IMG/VR virus record: IMGVR_UViG_3300044691_000256
Span: 1-60,656 of that record
Origin: a virus
Taxonomy: Duplodnaviria; Caudoviricetes
Length of the DNA: 60,656 nt
Strand: one strand, 5' to 3'
The notes under the pieces were generated by a model. It was not told the DNA's origin. It ran no database searches and saw only the letters and a program-made list of their open reading frames with translations. Below, piece by piece: positions 31,242 to 42,884 of this stretch. The first letter of the stretch is position 1; each line of letters begins with the position of its first letter. Made by a program: the position numbers and the translations under genes.

Positions 31242-31763
31242 TCATGCGGATCGTGCGAACTCTCCGTGATACTTCTTGGAAGCGACAATATAAACGTCAT
31301 GAGCCTCTTCTGGAGTATCGAAAGTTCCGAAATAGTGCCTCTTACCGTCGGCCATTATCGAAACGCGCCACCTGCCTTGCTTTTTGGACACTCCCTTAAA
31401 TCCACTCGTATTGTTGCTATGCCTCTTTTGGTTTCTCAGGTTTTCTGCGGTTGTCGCGACGCGAAGATTTGCCCTTCGATTATCCAACCTGTTCCCGTTG
31501 ACATGATCTATTGCGGGCGTGACGGTCCCCATCAGGAATCGGTGCATTTTTATATGTGACTTTTGGCTAAGGCTGAGAATATTTCGAACCGCATAATGGC
31601 CTCCTGGTTTTTCGTGAGCGCACCAGTTATACGGAGAAACGAGAGGGATATCCGCAGCGTCGATCAGCGCGTAGAGTCCCTTAGTCAGGGTTACATAGGC
31701 GATAGAGGGGCCTACGGGGAAAATTATAGGCTTTATGGGGCGGGTATACTTGGTCTTAGGCAT
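31242..31763 (-). CDS. HNH-AP2 endonuclease
   Basis: MHR, IDHVNGNRLDNRRANLR and SGFKGV...FGTFDTPEEA. Confidence 0.92.
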   Translation of the reverse strand: MPKTKYTRPIKPIIFPVGPSIAYVTLTKGLYALIDAADIPLVSPYNWCAHEKPGGHYAVRNILSLSQKSHIKMHRFLMGTVTPAIDHVNGNRLDNRRANLRVATTAENLRNQKRHSNNTSGFKGVSKKQGRWRVSIMADGKRHYFGTFDTPEEAHDVYIVASKKYHGEFARSA

Positions 31764-31832
31764 CGGTTCTCTCCAGCAGAGATTTGCGCCACAGGGGCTT
31801 GTCAGAGCCACCAGCGACGATGCTTCTTTTAT

Positions 31833-31860
31833 GAAAAGCCCCTAACCGAAGTCAGGGGCC
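31833..31860 (-). terminator. Intrinsic terminator
   Basis: GGCCCCTGAC-TTCG-GTTAGGGGCTTTT. Confidence 0.75.
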
Positions 31861-32112
31861 GATGTATTTTCCGGACGGCTACCGCCCGTGCAACTCGATC
31901 TTCACATTCTTCAAATCAACCCCGTCCAGCAGGGCTACGATGTCCTCCAAGGCTCCAAGGTTGATGGTGACGCGCTGGTTCCCCAGGTGCATAAACTTCA
32001 ACCCCCGGATCTCTGCTACTGTGGCTACGTGGTTGTTTCCTGTACCTTCAAATGTTAGAGTTCCAATCATTGGTGCTCTCCTTTGCGATTGGTGCTGTTA
32101 GGATAGTGTACT

Positions 32113-32718
32113 TTATTCGTAAACAACGTCTTCCATCTGGGCTTTGGTGTAGCGCCGGAACACGATCTTTACCTCTTCACCCTCCTCAAGAGAGTCCAGC
32201 GAGGTCTCGATGTGCTCTAGGGCGTCCTTCATCGTCGTGCAAACAAGAAAGTCCCAGCCGCTGCGTCCGGCGCACGAGCCATACACTTCGTAGACATCCG
32301 TGAGATTCGGCTCAGGCACACGAGGGGCAGCGTAAGTAGATGTTTGACTGGCGCACCGGCTCTGTTGGAATTCTGTGTGAACCCAATAGTCAGCAGCGAT
32401 ACTTGTGTTTAGCCTTATTGGCTCGCCGCACCACTTGCATACTGTCGCTTGCTCTAGCTTCGGCTGTGCAACCGCTTCCTCTGCAATCTCTTGGATGAAG
32501 CTCTCGATAATGTCTTGCATGTGTGCGCTGTAGTTCCAGATGCGGTAGGCTTGGCTGAAGAACTCCCTGACCTTGTCGTACACGTTCGGAGACACGCACC
32601 GCCACAGTTCGATTCGAGCGTTTCTACCGTCATCGTTGCAGTAGTAGGCTTTGATCTTATACCCGCGATACTCGTCAGTCTCGTAGGCTAGTTTCTCTAG
32701 GAGTTCGTCTGTGCTCAT
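32113..32718 (-). CDS. Hypothetical protein
   Basis: 201 aa, coupled to integrase 2. Confidence 0.6.
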   Translation of the reverse strand: MSTDELLEKLAYETDEYRGYKIKAYYCNDDGRNARIELWRCVSPNVYDKVREFFSQAYRIWNYSAHMQDIIESFIQEIAEEAVAQPKLEQATVCKWCGEPIRLNTSIAADYWVHTEFQQSRCASQTSTYAAPRVPEPNLTDVYEVYGSCAGRSGWDFLVCTTMKDALEHIETSLDSLEEGEEVKIVFRRYTKAQMEDVVYE

Positions 32719-33797
32719 TTCTCCTCCAGTAATCCCCTAAGCCTGGACCGCAGCTCGGGCACAAACGGTGTATAGTGCTTTTCGGCTACGGCTGTTGTGA
32801 TCCCTAACATTTTGGCTACGTCGTACATGGTGCCGCCGCGCAGCAAAATTGTTACGGCCAGCGTGTCACGAAACCTGTGGGGGCGGCAACCTGGAACTTT
32901 AGCACGGTCTCCCAAAGCGCGGACAAGGTTGTAGAGTTGAGTCCGGGTAGACGCCACGCCGTCTAGGACGAACCCCTCGTCCATCTTCTCCCGCATCAAC
33001 CATCTCACGAGGTACGCTTGGACCGGAATAACGACCTCCTTGCCTGTCTTGAGCATCGTCCGTCGTATCTCTTCGCTGTTGAAGTTGACTTCAGACCATT
33101 TCAGATCCACAGCATCCGACCCACGCAGTCCGGTCCACCGCAGAAGAGTGATAGCAAACTGTTCTTTGTCGGTCGCGCAGGCCGTCATTCGATCCATATC
33201 TTCATCCGTAAAAGGCTGCGTCACACTTCTCTCCGCTGTCGACTTCACTTTCTTGACCGGGTTCGCGCCGACCATATTTTCCTCCTTCGCAAAGCTGAAC
33301 ACCCCGCGTAACAGGTCCATCTCTTTTTCGAGCGCAGCCCCGTTACGGTATTGTGGTTTTGAGGCTGTTTCCGTTTCACGCCGGGAGCGGTATTTTTCCA
33401 TAACAGACTTGGTTATATATGTCAAGGGGGTACTGGCGGCGTTCGGTAGACTCTCTTCGAAGGTCTTGAGGTATCGGTCGTAGGCCCGCGCTGTGGATTT
33501 GGCCCATCCCTTGATGTGCTCTTTCCAATAAATGGACAACAGGTCGCCCCAGGTGCCGAGGGGCCGCACATCTACACCAACATGTCCGCTGAATCTTTTC
33601 CACGTCTGAGGAGGTAAGCTAGGCTCAAGGTCTATCCAGGCTTGACTACGCGGACCATCGGACATGGCAAAGCTGATTCGTGTCGCCAGCCGCTTCGCCG
33701 ACTTAGGATCTGAAGTCCCGAGCGGACCTCGTAAGCGCACCGGGCCAGACACGTAGTCTACGTGGTAGAGGTTGCCGCGCTTGCGAGTGGTGATCAC
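32715..33797 (-). CDS. int: Tyrosine integrase/recombinase 2
   Basis: TGLRGSD, KTG, HRFRDT, MLG and EKHY. Confidence 0.93.
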   Translation of the reverse strand: MITTRKRGNLYHVDYVSGPVRLRGPLGTSDPKSAKRLATRISFAMSDGPRSQAWIDLEPSLPPQTWKRFSGHVGVDVRPLGTWGDLLSIYWKEHIKGWAKSTARAYDRYLKTFEESLPNAASTPLTYITKSVMEKYRSRRETETASKPQYRNGAALEKEMDLLRGVFSFAKEENMVGANPVKKVKSTAERSVTQPFTDEDMDRMTACATDKEQFAITLLRWTGLRGSDAVDLKWSEVNFNSEEIRRTMLKTGKEVVIPVQAYLVRWLMREKMDEGFVLDGVASTRTQLYNLVRALGDRAKVPGCRPHRFRDTLAVTILLRGGTMYDVAKMLGITTAVAEKHYTPFVPELRSRLRGLLEEK

Positions 33798-34035
33798 GTC
33801 AAGCTCCCTACCTCTTCCTTAAGGGTGGTGCGCCTATCAGCATAAGCAAACGCGGCCTCCCAAGAATCCCCGTTGAACATGGGGCGAGCGCCTCCTGCTC
33901 CTACTACAAAATCAAAGATACCCGGTGTACCTGCTGTCGATGGTCTGTGAAGTGCAATGGCGTGTCCGCCCCATCGTCTTTGCGCTTCCGTCAACGCTTC
34001 CTCGTGTGTCATATCCCGCTCCTAAATTCAAATCA

Positions 34036-34063
34036 ATTATACCAAGCCCCGCGCTAAAAGCAA
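34036..34063 (-). promoter_or_regulatory. Sigma-70 promoter for the integrase 2 operon
   Basis: TTGCTT-16-TATAAT with extended TG; 15-bp motif 8 nt upstream. Confidence 0.65.
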
Positions 34064-34168
34064 GCTAATTCGTCCAGAAAATGGACAACCGGGCCACATA
34101 CGCTAAAGCCATGTCCGCGTCTTACCCTCCCTTGCTACTTAGTTGATGATGGGGTCGTGGACGGCTGG

Positions 34169-37100
34169 TTACTTGATTGCGGAATGGATTTTGTCCCACA
34201 TTTCTCTGCAATCTCGCATGCTTTGCCGGTGCGTGGGATCATATGACTCGTTTTGAGCCAAGTTGAAGCAAATATTAGACATCATCTGTCCACACTGGTG
34301 GCGGTGCATGAGTTCGTTCCGAACGGTAGCGAATAGTTTTCGCAGTTCCCTATTTTCAGATCTTGCATGGCGAAGCTGTGTTTCCGGCGATTGCTTTCTC
34401 ATCTAGTTCTCCTCTCCTGCATTTGTAGCTACGGGCTTGGCCTTGGGTTCAAGTAGGGAGTCAGCCCATCTGCAAATGAGGCAACGGTCATCACACAGGC
34501 CCAGTCCGGGATAATTGACGCCCTTCTTGCACGTCGATGAGTGGTGTACGCGACTCGGATTTTCTCGGTATTCCTTCACAACCTGCCGCAGGCCCTGGTG
34601 CAACTCCCTTTCTCTCGCTAACTCGATTACTAGCCTATGGTGCGCAATGCCGAATGCCATGATTCTCGCCTCGGCTTCTAATTCAGGCTCGAAATCCGTG
34701 GGCAGTTCTGAATCCACCATCACATACCGAAGCTGCAACTCTTGAAGTTTATTTCTGGTGCGTGCCAGTTCTTCCGCTGTGAATGGGAACCAAGTAGCAA
34801 GACTTGAATCCTCCCGCCACTTCGCTGGGTAATGGCTAAGTTCTCCCTTCAGCCTCTCCCTCTCTGCTTCTGATTGGGCTAGAGATGCGAGAGCGGTGCG
34901 GAGCTCGTCTTCTCTTTGCTTCAATGCCATCCTCCAGCGCTCCAGTCCAGACAGGTAGGGCGGCTGGATCTTGCACGTTTCGTCGCCACCTACAAGGTCG
35001 CAATCGCATACTCCGGGGTTGTGGTTTTGGGCCGGTATATCCAACTCGGGCAGTACCTGCTGTTCACTCATCGTCCCTCCGCTAGCAGTTGTAGAATCAG
35101 TTTTAGGACTAGGTAGGTCACCGCAAAGAATATCCCCGTTGCCACTATTGCGCCCACGACTATCTTTACTAGGTTCATCACTCGTTCCATCGTCCCTCCG
35201 CTGCTTCAAATGTGATTCGCTGGTGCCTAACACCGCAGACTAGTTCGTTGCGTTCATGCCAACACTTAGGGCAGCCGTTTGTGTATTCGGCATAGACTGC
35301 ACCACACTCTGGATTCTCACAAACCCAACCTTGTAAATGCTCCATCGTTCCTCCGTCATGCTTGGCTGCGCTCTTCTTTGATGGCTTCTCTCAACGTGTA
35401 TCCCTCTTTGAGGTATTGCTCCCATACTTCCTTAGGTGTCTGCCTCACGAGGTCGTCAAACAGGTTGTCATAGAATGCTGGATTTTCGTTCGCGTATGTA
35501 ATTTCGTCATGTATGGGTGATTTAGTCTTCATGGGTGGCCTCGGCATAGATCGCATCCACTATGGGTGCCAATCGTTTCAGGCACCTCATACACTTCCCC
35601 GCAACCGAATCGTTTTCATCCATGAACAGGTCAAGCGTCCAGCCGTAGTGCGGAACGATGCCACACGCAGAGCCAACTCTTTTGAGCTTCAATTCTTTTA
35701 ATGATCCGTTCGGTTCGGCCACAACCGCATGAAATTTCCACGCGGAGCGGCCAGCATTAAAGCCCGCCGAAGGTAGATCGGGGTTGGTTTCGCAGTTCAG
35801 CCATTGATAGCCTGCAGGTGTGGGCGTTTTCCCGTAAATCTCTCGGTCGCGCTCTCGCCGCTGCATATTAGTTTTATTACGTTCGGCTATTTTGGCGTTC
35901 AGTTCGGGCAATGATCGGTTGTAGTCATCGACCCATTTACGGCGCAAGGACTCCGACCACAAGAAGAAACCTTTGGGTAATTGAGGTTTACGGCTCATCT
36001 ATTTGGCCTTCCCTTCTATGTGGTCCAACAGTCGCAGTATGGCATCAGGCGAGGCCGCATGGATGTATGCCCGCTTACGCGAGTCCGTTACGGTATATCT
36101 ATAGCGCCAATCCCAATCGTCTTCGGATGCCTCTTTTGCTGCTTTGGCAAATTCCCGCAAACTCCCCATCAATAGCTCCATCTCGGCTGTCCTCTCCGGT
36201 ACTGGGGTCTCCAGCGCGGCGTGTGCTATCGGGGCGAGTCTATGGTAGGTCTCGGTTGGGAGTTCATTAATATGCGGCATGATTGCAAGCAATGCGGCCC
36301 GTAACCCGTTGGCGGATGTCTTGGTATCAAGTTCATTGCAACTCTGAATATGCCCATGAGGTAGTGAGCAGTTTTCGTAGTCACAGTGCCACTGTGTCCT
36401 CTCCTCTACTGCAGGCTTGTTTTCACGGAATGCGGCCAGTTCTGATTCGGACTCTTCAGCTCTCTTCCTCCATGCAGCGTGCATAGCCTGTTCTGTCTGA
36501 AGCATGACCCGCCAGCGCAATCCGCAGGTACAGCTTCCCCCGGCATCGTATCCATGCACATCCTTCCACGCAGCACAGTTGCGCTTATGATCTAGCTCCT
36601 CTACTGGTGCATCAGCGGAGGGACGGAGACGCTTGTTTTCAGCCCCTAGGCGGACAACTTCATCTAAGAGTGTGCTGTAGTTGTCCAATGCCACTTGCAG
36701 AGGCGGCAACTCCTCGGGTGACTCTAGGGCTTCCGGTTTGGGTAGCTTGGCGGATGACCCTAGCGGGGCATAGGATTTCGGCATAAATCCCGTACACATG
36801 CAGGGCTTACCTTCGCCAACTCCAGCAAAAATCCTAAGATGCGCCATGCAACACGAGTTGAACTCATCTTCCCATTCGTGAACGGATACACTATGACCGC
36901 ATATGCAATTCTCTGAAGCGAAGGACTTCGCATAAGCCGGGGAAGAAGGCTTGGCGCAATACCAGCCAGCTCTTAGTCTTTCCTGACCCAAGCAAGGGGA
37001 CGCGCCACATAGGCATTTTCTTAGTAACGCCTGCTCGGCACTCATCCCATCTTCTACGGCAATGTACGATTTTGGTTCAGCAACATGCTCCCCATCCGCA

Positions 37101-39276
37101 CACTGCTGATGTAGGCCGCTGCCAAACTCAGCGACGTGGAGCCATTTGCCCTGACGCCAATGGATTACGCACCCACACCAGCAACACGGCGGATACCACG
37201 TCCACGGCTTTTGGGGGTCGCTTCCTTCCATCCGTACTGGCATCCCACCTTCTACGGTCTTAGTGTTCATAAATTGTCTCCAGTTCTTCAATAAACTTCT
37301 CGCGGGGCATCACCTTGCAATTCCCAATAATGTTCGCCATGACTTCACAAGCTGCCTCGGATTCGCCGCGCCAATGAATCCCCGCATCGCTTATGAACAC
37401 TACGATGTGGCTAGTGTTTACAGCCTTCACCTGCTCAATGAGCGGCTTTAGTTCGCTTGCGGTCCCATCTTCTACGCTAAGGGGTTTCACTGATTTATTC
37501 ATTGACGGCCTCCGAAAACTGGCATCACGACGGCATTCAGTTCCCATTGGTTATGGTTCAATGGGTTCTTCCAAGGAACATAAACAGCGCCGCAACCTTC
37601 TGGGCAGTTGAACGGCTTCATGCCATCTTTGACTTCTAGTGTTAGATCGCCTTCAGCGCCGCATTCTTCGCACTCACATGCGAACTCAAAGACAATGTTC
37701 ACCAGATCGGCATAGGTTGCTACGTTCTTAGCCTGTGTTCTCATTACTTGCTCTCCCCTAGAGGTGGAAATTGGGCTACTTGGTTACATGCGGTGCTGGC
37801 AATTTTCCTTCAGCTATGCGGCGTTCCAAGAACCTCTTCGCTTCACGCCACGCCTTCGCTCGACTTGACGTTCCATAGGCTAGATAGCGGTCATTGTAGT
37901 CATCATCGATGCAGTGATGTCCCGCTAGGTTCATATACCGGGCCTGCGGAATTACGTGCAGCACGAAACTCCTGTCGCTCATAATCTCCCTTTCAGTTAT
38001 CAAGAATGGTGGTCTACTCTGCTTCGTCTTTGATCTGATCCAGCTTCTTCCCAGTGAAGGTCTGCCAATTATGATCCCCGCCGTTCGCGCAATTTCCCAG
38101 GGTTACTATGTCCTTAGCTACAGCAACAGGGAGCGTTGCCACGTTGATTGCGGTTGCTACGATCTTGCCGAATAATCCCATAATTCCTCCGTTTGTGGTC
38201 TACTCTGCTTCAGGTGGGGCGGTGGTGCGCCAACCATCCAATGTCTGACTTAAAAGTGTAGCAGCGCAGCTAACTCCACAAATGTGTTTCAGCCGGGTAT
38301 CGCCGGTTTCGTGGTCTTCCCAAGGTTTGAAGGTTATTCCACCAGTTGCGGACGCGGACATTAACCAATGATTACTCGGCCCGCGAAGGACTCCGCACTG
38401 GTCACACTTGAATGCATCAACTCGCACGTTTCGACTCCTTGGGGATCGCTTGCGGACATAGATAAAGCCTGGGGCGCGGGGTCCGGTCGTCCATTTTCTG
38501 GACAGGCTTGGTGATGAATCTAAATTCTATGGTTAGTTTCATTTGCTAGCCTCTCGTCTTTCTAGTTCCGCTTGAATACGGGGGATTCTTTGATCTATCG
38601 TTTCGACAGCATCTGCATCAGCCCAGTCGTTTCCTCGTCCAGCCTGCGCACACTTCTCCAATGCGCCCAAAACAATCATCAGTTGGACGGCGGAGTAACG
38701 GTTAACTGGTTTCATTATCTTTTTCATGCCTGCCTTGTGTTCCCATGTTTCAGAGGAGAGCACGGTCCACTATGATTTATTTCCAATCCACAAAAACAGG
38801 GTTCCATCGAAAAGGTCTCACATATGCAGTCTTCACAGTCTCTGCCGCAGATATTCGGGTCGCAGGGACAAGGATGAGTGTGCGGTGCCGCAGAGATTTT
38901 CATGTCCGCTTCTTCGCATTCTTCTCTCGTCTAGCAGCCTCAACAGCCTGTTTCACGGCCAGGTCATAAACCGAGGCCCAGCTAATCTCGTACCCCGACC
39001 GCATACCCTTAAGGCGGACAACGGCATGATAGGGGTGAGCTTCCAGCAGGATTTCGCGGTTGCGCCCGGACTCACGCTTGCATTCCGATGTCTCGATCCG
39101 TAGCCGCGACCGTCTTTCGCTTAGAGCTGTCATCGCGCCACCACCTTGAAAATCTCGTAAAACAACACAGCCCAGAACCCCGCCCCGCTCAGCAGAACCA
39201 GGATTACAGGCAGATTGATCTTGTGGTGGGTCTTTACTCCGAGGTTCTGACGATCCAAGCTTTCGTACATAAACAT
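34169..39276 (-). other. Operon of small and mosaic hypothetical genes
   Basis: Tightly coupled leftward ORFs (e.g. 34169-34402, 35522-35998, 35999-37291, 37499-37744, 38200-38427); no recognisable functions. Confidence 0.6.
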
Positions 39277-39322
39277 GTTTCCTCCAGTACAGCGGACATG
39301 TTGTTGATTCTGTGGCGGTTGT

Positions 39323-39462
39323 GCAAATTCGTAGAACCATTGGCGTGCTCACGCGAGAATCAGTTTGCCCACAAATGTGGTGCTGTCCTCTTAGGTCTTA
39401 CGGCTATCGGGGTTGTAATAAGACCCGGCCTTGTGAGCACACCAATCGTCCTACGAATCTAC
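39323..39462 (-). ncRNA. Candidate structured RNA, about 140 nt
   Basis: About 28-bp closing stem with G-U pairs on the minus strand, internal hairpins, begins at the predicted TSS. Confidence 0.6.
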
Positions 39463-39466
39463 GATG

Positions 39467-39494
39467 ATTATACACAAGACGAAACAGTTGTCAA
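39467..39494 (-). promoter_or_regulatory. Consensus sigma-70 promoter
   Basis: TTGACA-16-TATAAT; 15-bp motif 9 nt upstream. Confidence 0.8.
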
Positions 39495-40545
39495 TATCCA
39501 CTCGTCCAGAAAATGGATTATTTAACCCGGACCAGCCGGTGAACTGGCTTTCCATGTTCGATACAGTAGACACAATCCAGGCAGACATCCCGCAAGACTG
39601 TGGCCCCAGACTCCCTCCATTCAGCCGAGAGTTCTACTCTGATCCCCGGCCCGGCTCCACATATTTCGCAATCGTGTTTGGAGAAGAAAGGTTTGAGCGG
39701 TTCGTCTATCTCGTCTACCGCTCTTTGGACATCTCTGGTTTTGGAAGTGAACGAATCTACCTTCTTGCAATATTTTGTAAGCGCGCTGTAAGGCATTACA
39801 ACCTCCTTTGAAATGTCGTGCCGAGGCTAGGCCGCTTTGTCCAGAAAATGGACAGGTTTGGCCCGATCCCCGAAATTCAGGGTACGAATGTAATCCCGAT
39901 TAACTTTTACTTGGTGCCAGTTGCGGATGATAGAGGCCCGTGTTCCCGGCTCGGCTAAGGATGCCCGAACGAATAAGTTCTCTAGGTGGTATCGGCAGTA
40001 ACGGAGTGCTTCAGTTTTCAACGTACTTCCTTTCAGATGGTTACAGCGGTTTTTACTTCAATCCGGCCCGACATCCGAGCCAACAACGCACAGTGTCCGC
40101 AGAGGTACCAGAACGGCGCGGCTCCGTTGTTCATTCCGGTAGTGGCGGGCCAATCGCAGCAGTCGCACACAATCCGGTCTGATTCGTTCTTTATCGAGTA
40201 GTCACTGGTGAAGAAGTTGTTAGACATGTTGGTTCCTTTTCCACTCAAACCACCCCAATGCTTGAGAGATGGTTTCGTAGAGGCCGCCAAAACTACGGCC
40301 ATCGCTAACCTGCCAGCCGTCGAATGTGTAGTGATTGGAGCAATGCCCTTTTGGAAGCCACTGGATGACGCGGTATTGCTGCGGGTTGTCAGCAGGAGCT
40401 ATGCACAACGCGGGCAGCCATTCTTGACGTTCCATATCTCCAGCCTTTACTTTGATGGCCTTGTCCAGATAACGGACAACAGTGAATCCGGCACGGTCCA
40501 AGGCGGCGAGATGTGATTCAGGTAAAGCGACCACTACAGGTTTTT

Positions 40546-41121
40546 TCATGCCCGTTTCCTTGCCGCCTGAAGGTAGGCACCCAACACCGGGAACCGATCT
40601 TCAATCTCGCCCCAAGTGGGGTACTGACCGTGTTCCTTGCCGTATTCGCTGGGCCAAGCGGTGCTCGCCTTGTACTCAGTCTTGTATTGTTTGCGGGCAG
40701 CCAGCAGAGCTGCGAAATGTCCATCCAATTCGCGTAAAAGTGATTTCGTTCCCCACTCAGGCTCGCACGCCGTTAGCGACGGATAACCGTATCCACTCGC
40801 GCCGCAGACAGGAACCTTGCGCGGTAGTTCGATTCCGAACGCATTCTGATACTTGGCCACATCCTCGGTATCGTGATCGTAGACCCTCACGTTGCAATGA
40901 TCGTGGTGAGCAATGCAGCCATAACGAGACAACACCTCAAAATCGGCGGATGGGATCTTCGTCTCGAAATAGACGGCTATGGTCTCGGCAACCTCTGCCG
41001 CGCGTGCAGGGCTGGCGATACGATCCTGATAGTCCTGCCAAGCCTCTTGAACAACCTTGGACAGCAGCCCAGCATCAGCGCGGGGCTTGAAACGAGCTTT
41101 GCGGGTAATAGTTGTATCCAT
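40546..41121 (-). CDS. Hypothetical protein
   Basis: True start MDTT after RBS; the longer track ORF overlaps the ribozyme. Confidence 0.6.
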   Translation of the reverse strand: MDTTITRKARFKPRADAGLLSKVVQEAWQDYQDRIASPARAAEVAETIAVYFETKIPSADFEVLSRYGCIAHHDHCNVRVYDHDTEDVAKYQNAFGIELPRKVPVCGASGYGYPSLTACEPEWGTKSLLRELDGHFAALLAARKQYKTEYKASTAWPSEYGKEHGQYPTWGEIEDRFPVLGAYLQAARKRA

Positions 41122-41139
41122 GTCCACTCTCTTTCTCAA

Positions 41140-41205
41140 TCCCATTAGCCCCGGAGTAATCCAGGTTTCTAGCCACACTGCGTAGAAGTTGGGAGTATCG
41201 TGGCC
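41140..41205 (-). ncRNA. HDV-like self-cleaving ribozyme
   Basis: P1 GGCCAC/GUGGCU, P2 UCCCA/UGGGA, P3 ACU/AGU, L3 UCUACGC, P4 CCUGGA/UCCGGG, J4/2 GCUAA. Confidence 0.85.
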
Positions 41206-42426
41206 GCGTCCAGAAAATGGACGGGTTGTGTTACCGAACGTGACAGAGGGCCACAAAGTCAGCTTTAGAGAGATCGCGCAACTCCTCCGCGAACTTCTGG
41301 TTGCCAAATTCGTGGGTCCAGGTCGACCGGCCAAGCGCGCGCTCCGCGTATTCTTGAATATCTGCAAACGGGCCACATGTGAAACCTGTGTACGCCCCGA
41401 TGATCGCCGCCTGTTCCTTAGTAAGTTGTTCCATGTCCGTTATCCTTTCCTCATGTCCTGATCCAACTGCAACGCAACCGCAAGCTGTTCCAGGTACCGT
41501 CTGTTTAACGTCGTTAGTGTTTTCTCAAACTCTTCGCTTGAGAGTCCGTCTGGGCAGTTCCAGCCGCGATACTCCCACTCACGGCGGATGATATTGGCTA
41601 GCTCGTCCTTTTGTAAGAGGGACATTTTGATAGACCTTTGTTATTCAGAAGTGTTTCATAAACCTTGCGCCGTGGCAATACTTATTATGGGCAAAATCGC
41701 GTCTTTATTCGGTGATCGCTTCGCCGCGCAGCCCGCCCGCGAGATACTGGAACCCGTTGACATCTACCACCAGCCCGTCAGCGGTTGCACCTTCCGCCAC
41801 ATCTACCGCGTACTGCATTGATTCTGTGTAAGGAACGCCTTCGTCGTCAACGTTCGATGTTAGCCAATCTCTGCCTTGATCCGAGACCCCGCAGAGAGCA
41901 TAGAAACCTTGTCCGTGGATGCTGATATCTGCCTGCATATTACCTCCGTAAATCCAGAAAATGGACGAACTAGATTGACAGCATCCGTGCGTTGTTTCGG
42001 CCTTCGCGCAACAGATCGCACGCATCGCAGAGGTTTCTAAAGGCTTGGGTTCCGCTATACGCGATGACTTGGTGATCTTGCGACCGGGACCGCACCAGAT
42101 AATCATTAGCAGATATCATAATGCGCTCTGCTTCCCGTGCGGCTACACGCGTAACCTTTCTCTTTGTGTTTTCCATGTCCGTATCCTCTCAGTTTGGGGT
42201 TTGTCCAGAAAATGGACGAACTAGACGGGTGTTTAGTGCTTGGTTACATCCGTGATGATGGCCGCGCCGACCGACCAATTACCCCAATCGTTATTATTCT
42301 CCGGGGTCTCGTCCAGTGCACGGTTGATTGCTGTCTCTACTTCGTTTTCCCCGACCGCGGCCGGAACCGTAACAGTCAGAGTTAGTGTGATTGTTCGCAT
42401 TTTCATGTCCGTTATCCTCTCAATTT

Positions 42427-42489
42427 TTGGCTACTGCTAGGGGCTGACTACTCCCCCTTTCATCCCAGCCAAGGGAATCATCAGGCAGT
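42427..42489 (-). ncRNA. Type I hammerhead ribozyme
   Basis: ACUGC-CUGAUGA-U-UCCC/GGGA-U-GAAA-GGGG/CCCC-UA-GCAGU; loop II UUGGCU pairs with 3' AGCCAA. Confidence 0.85.
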
Positions 42490-42493
42490 TGGT

Positions 42494-42817
42494 TTATTGC
42501 TTCCAGTGGAGATCGACAGGCACCAAATCCAAGAGCTTACCGGATGCTTTAGGTTCTGATTCCATGATCTCATCAGCTTCTTTCCAGTCCTGCGCGGCGA
42601 TCATGATGTAGTCCGCCGCGTGTACAGCATCCCAGTGTGCCGCGCCGGTAATACGGTTTCCACCAATGTGTTCATGGTAGGCAATCGCCACCGCTTGCGG
42701 GGATTTCAACCCTTGTGCATCAAAGGTTCGCTTGCCAGTATCTTGGCTGTGAAAGGGGGTGCCTCCGTTGTAGGCCATCCCATACCAACCATCGGTTTGC
42801 TTCCATATTGCGAGCAT
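42494..42817 (-). CDS. Hypothetical protein between two ribozymes
   Basis: 107 aa, GAGGAG RBS. Confidence 0.7.
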   Translation of the reverse strand: MLAIWKQTDGWYGMAYNGGTPFHSQDTGKRTFDAQGLKSPQAVAIAYHEHIGGNRITGAAHWDAVHAADYIMIAAQDWKEADEIMESEPKASGKLLDLVPVDLHWKQ

Positions 42818-42831
42818 AATCTCCTCTTTTC

Positions 42832-42884
42832 CCCTCCATTAGTAGATGCTCAGGTTCGCCGCGTGAAGGCTGGAAGATGAACCC
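42832..42884 (-). ncRNA. Minimal HDV-like ribozyme (no P4)
   Basis: P1 GGGUUC/GAACCU, P2 UCUUCCA/UGGAGGG, P3 GCC/GGC, L3 UUCACGC, J4/2 CUAA. Confidence 0.8.

Noticed and set aside
39323-39462. Retron msr-msd
   Set aside because: No reverse transcriptase in the window
41122-41376. N-terminal extension of track ORF 40546-41376
   Set aside because: Overlaps gene 41231-41434 and the ribozyme; RBS supports a start at 41121
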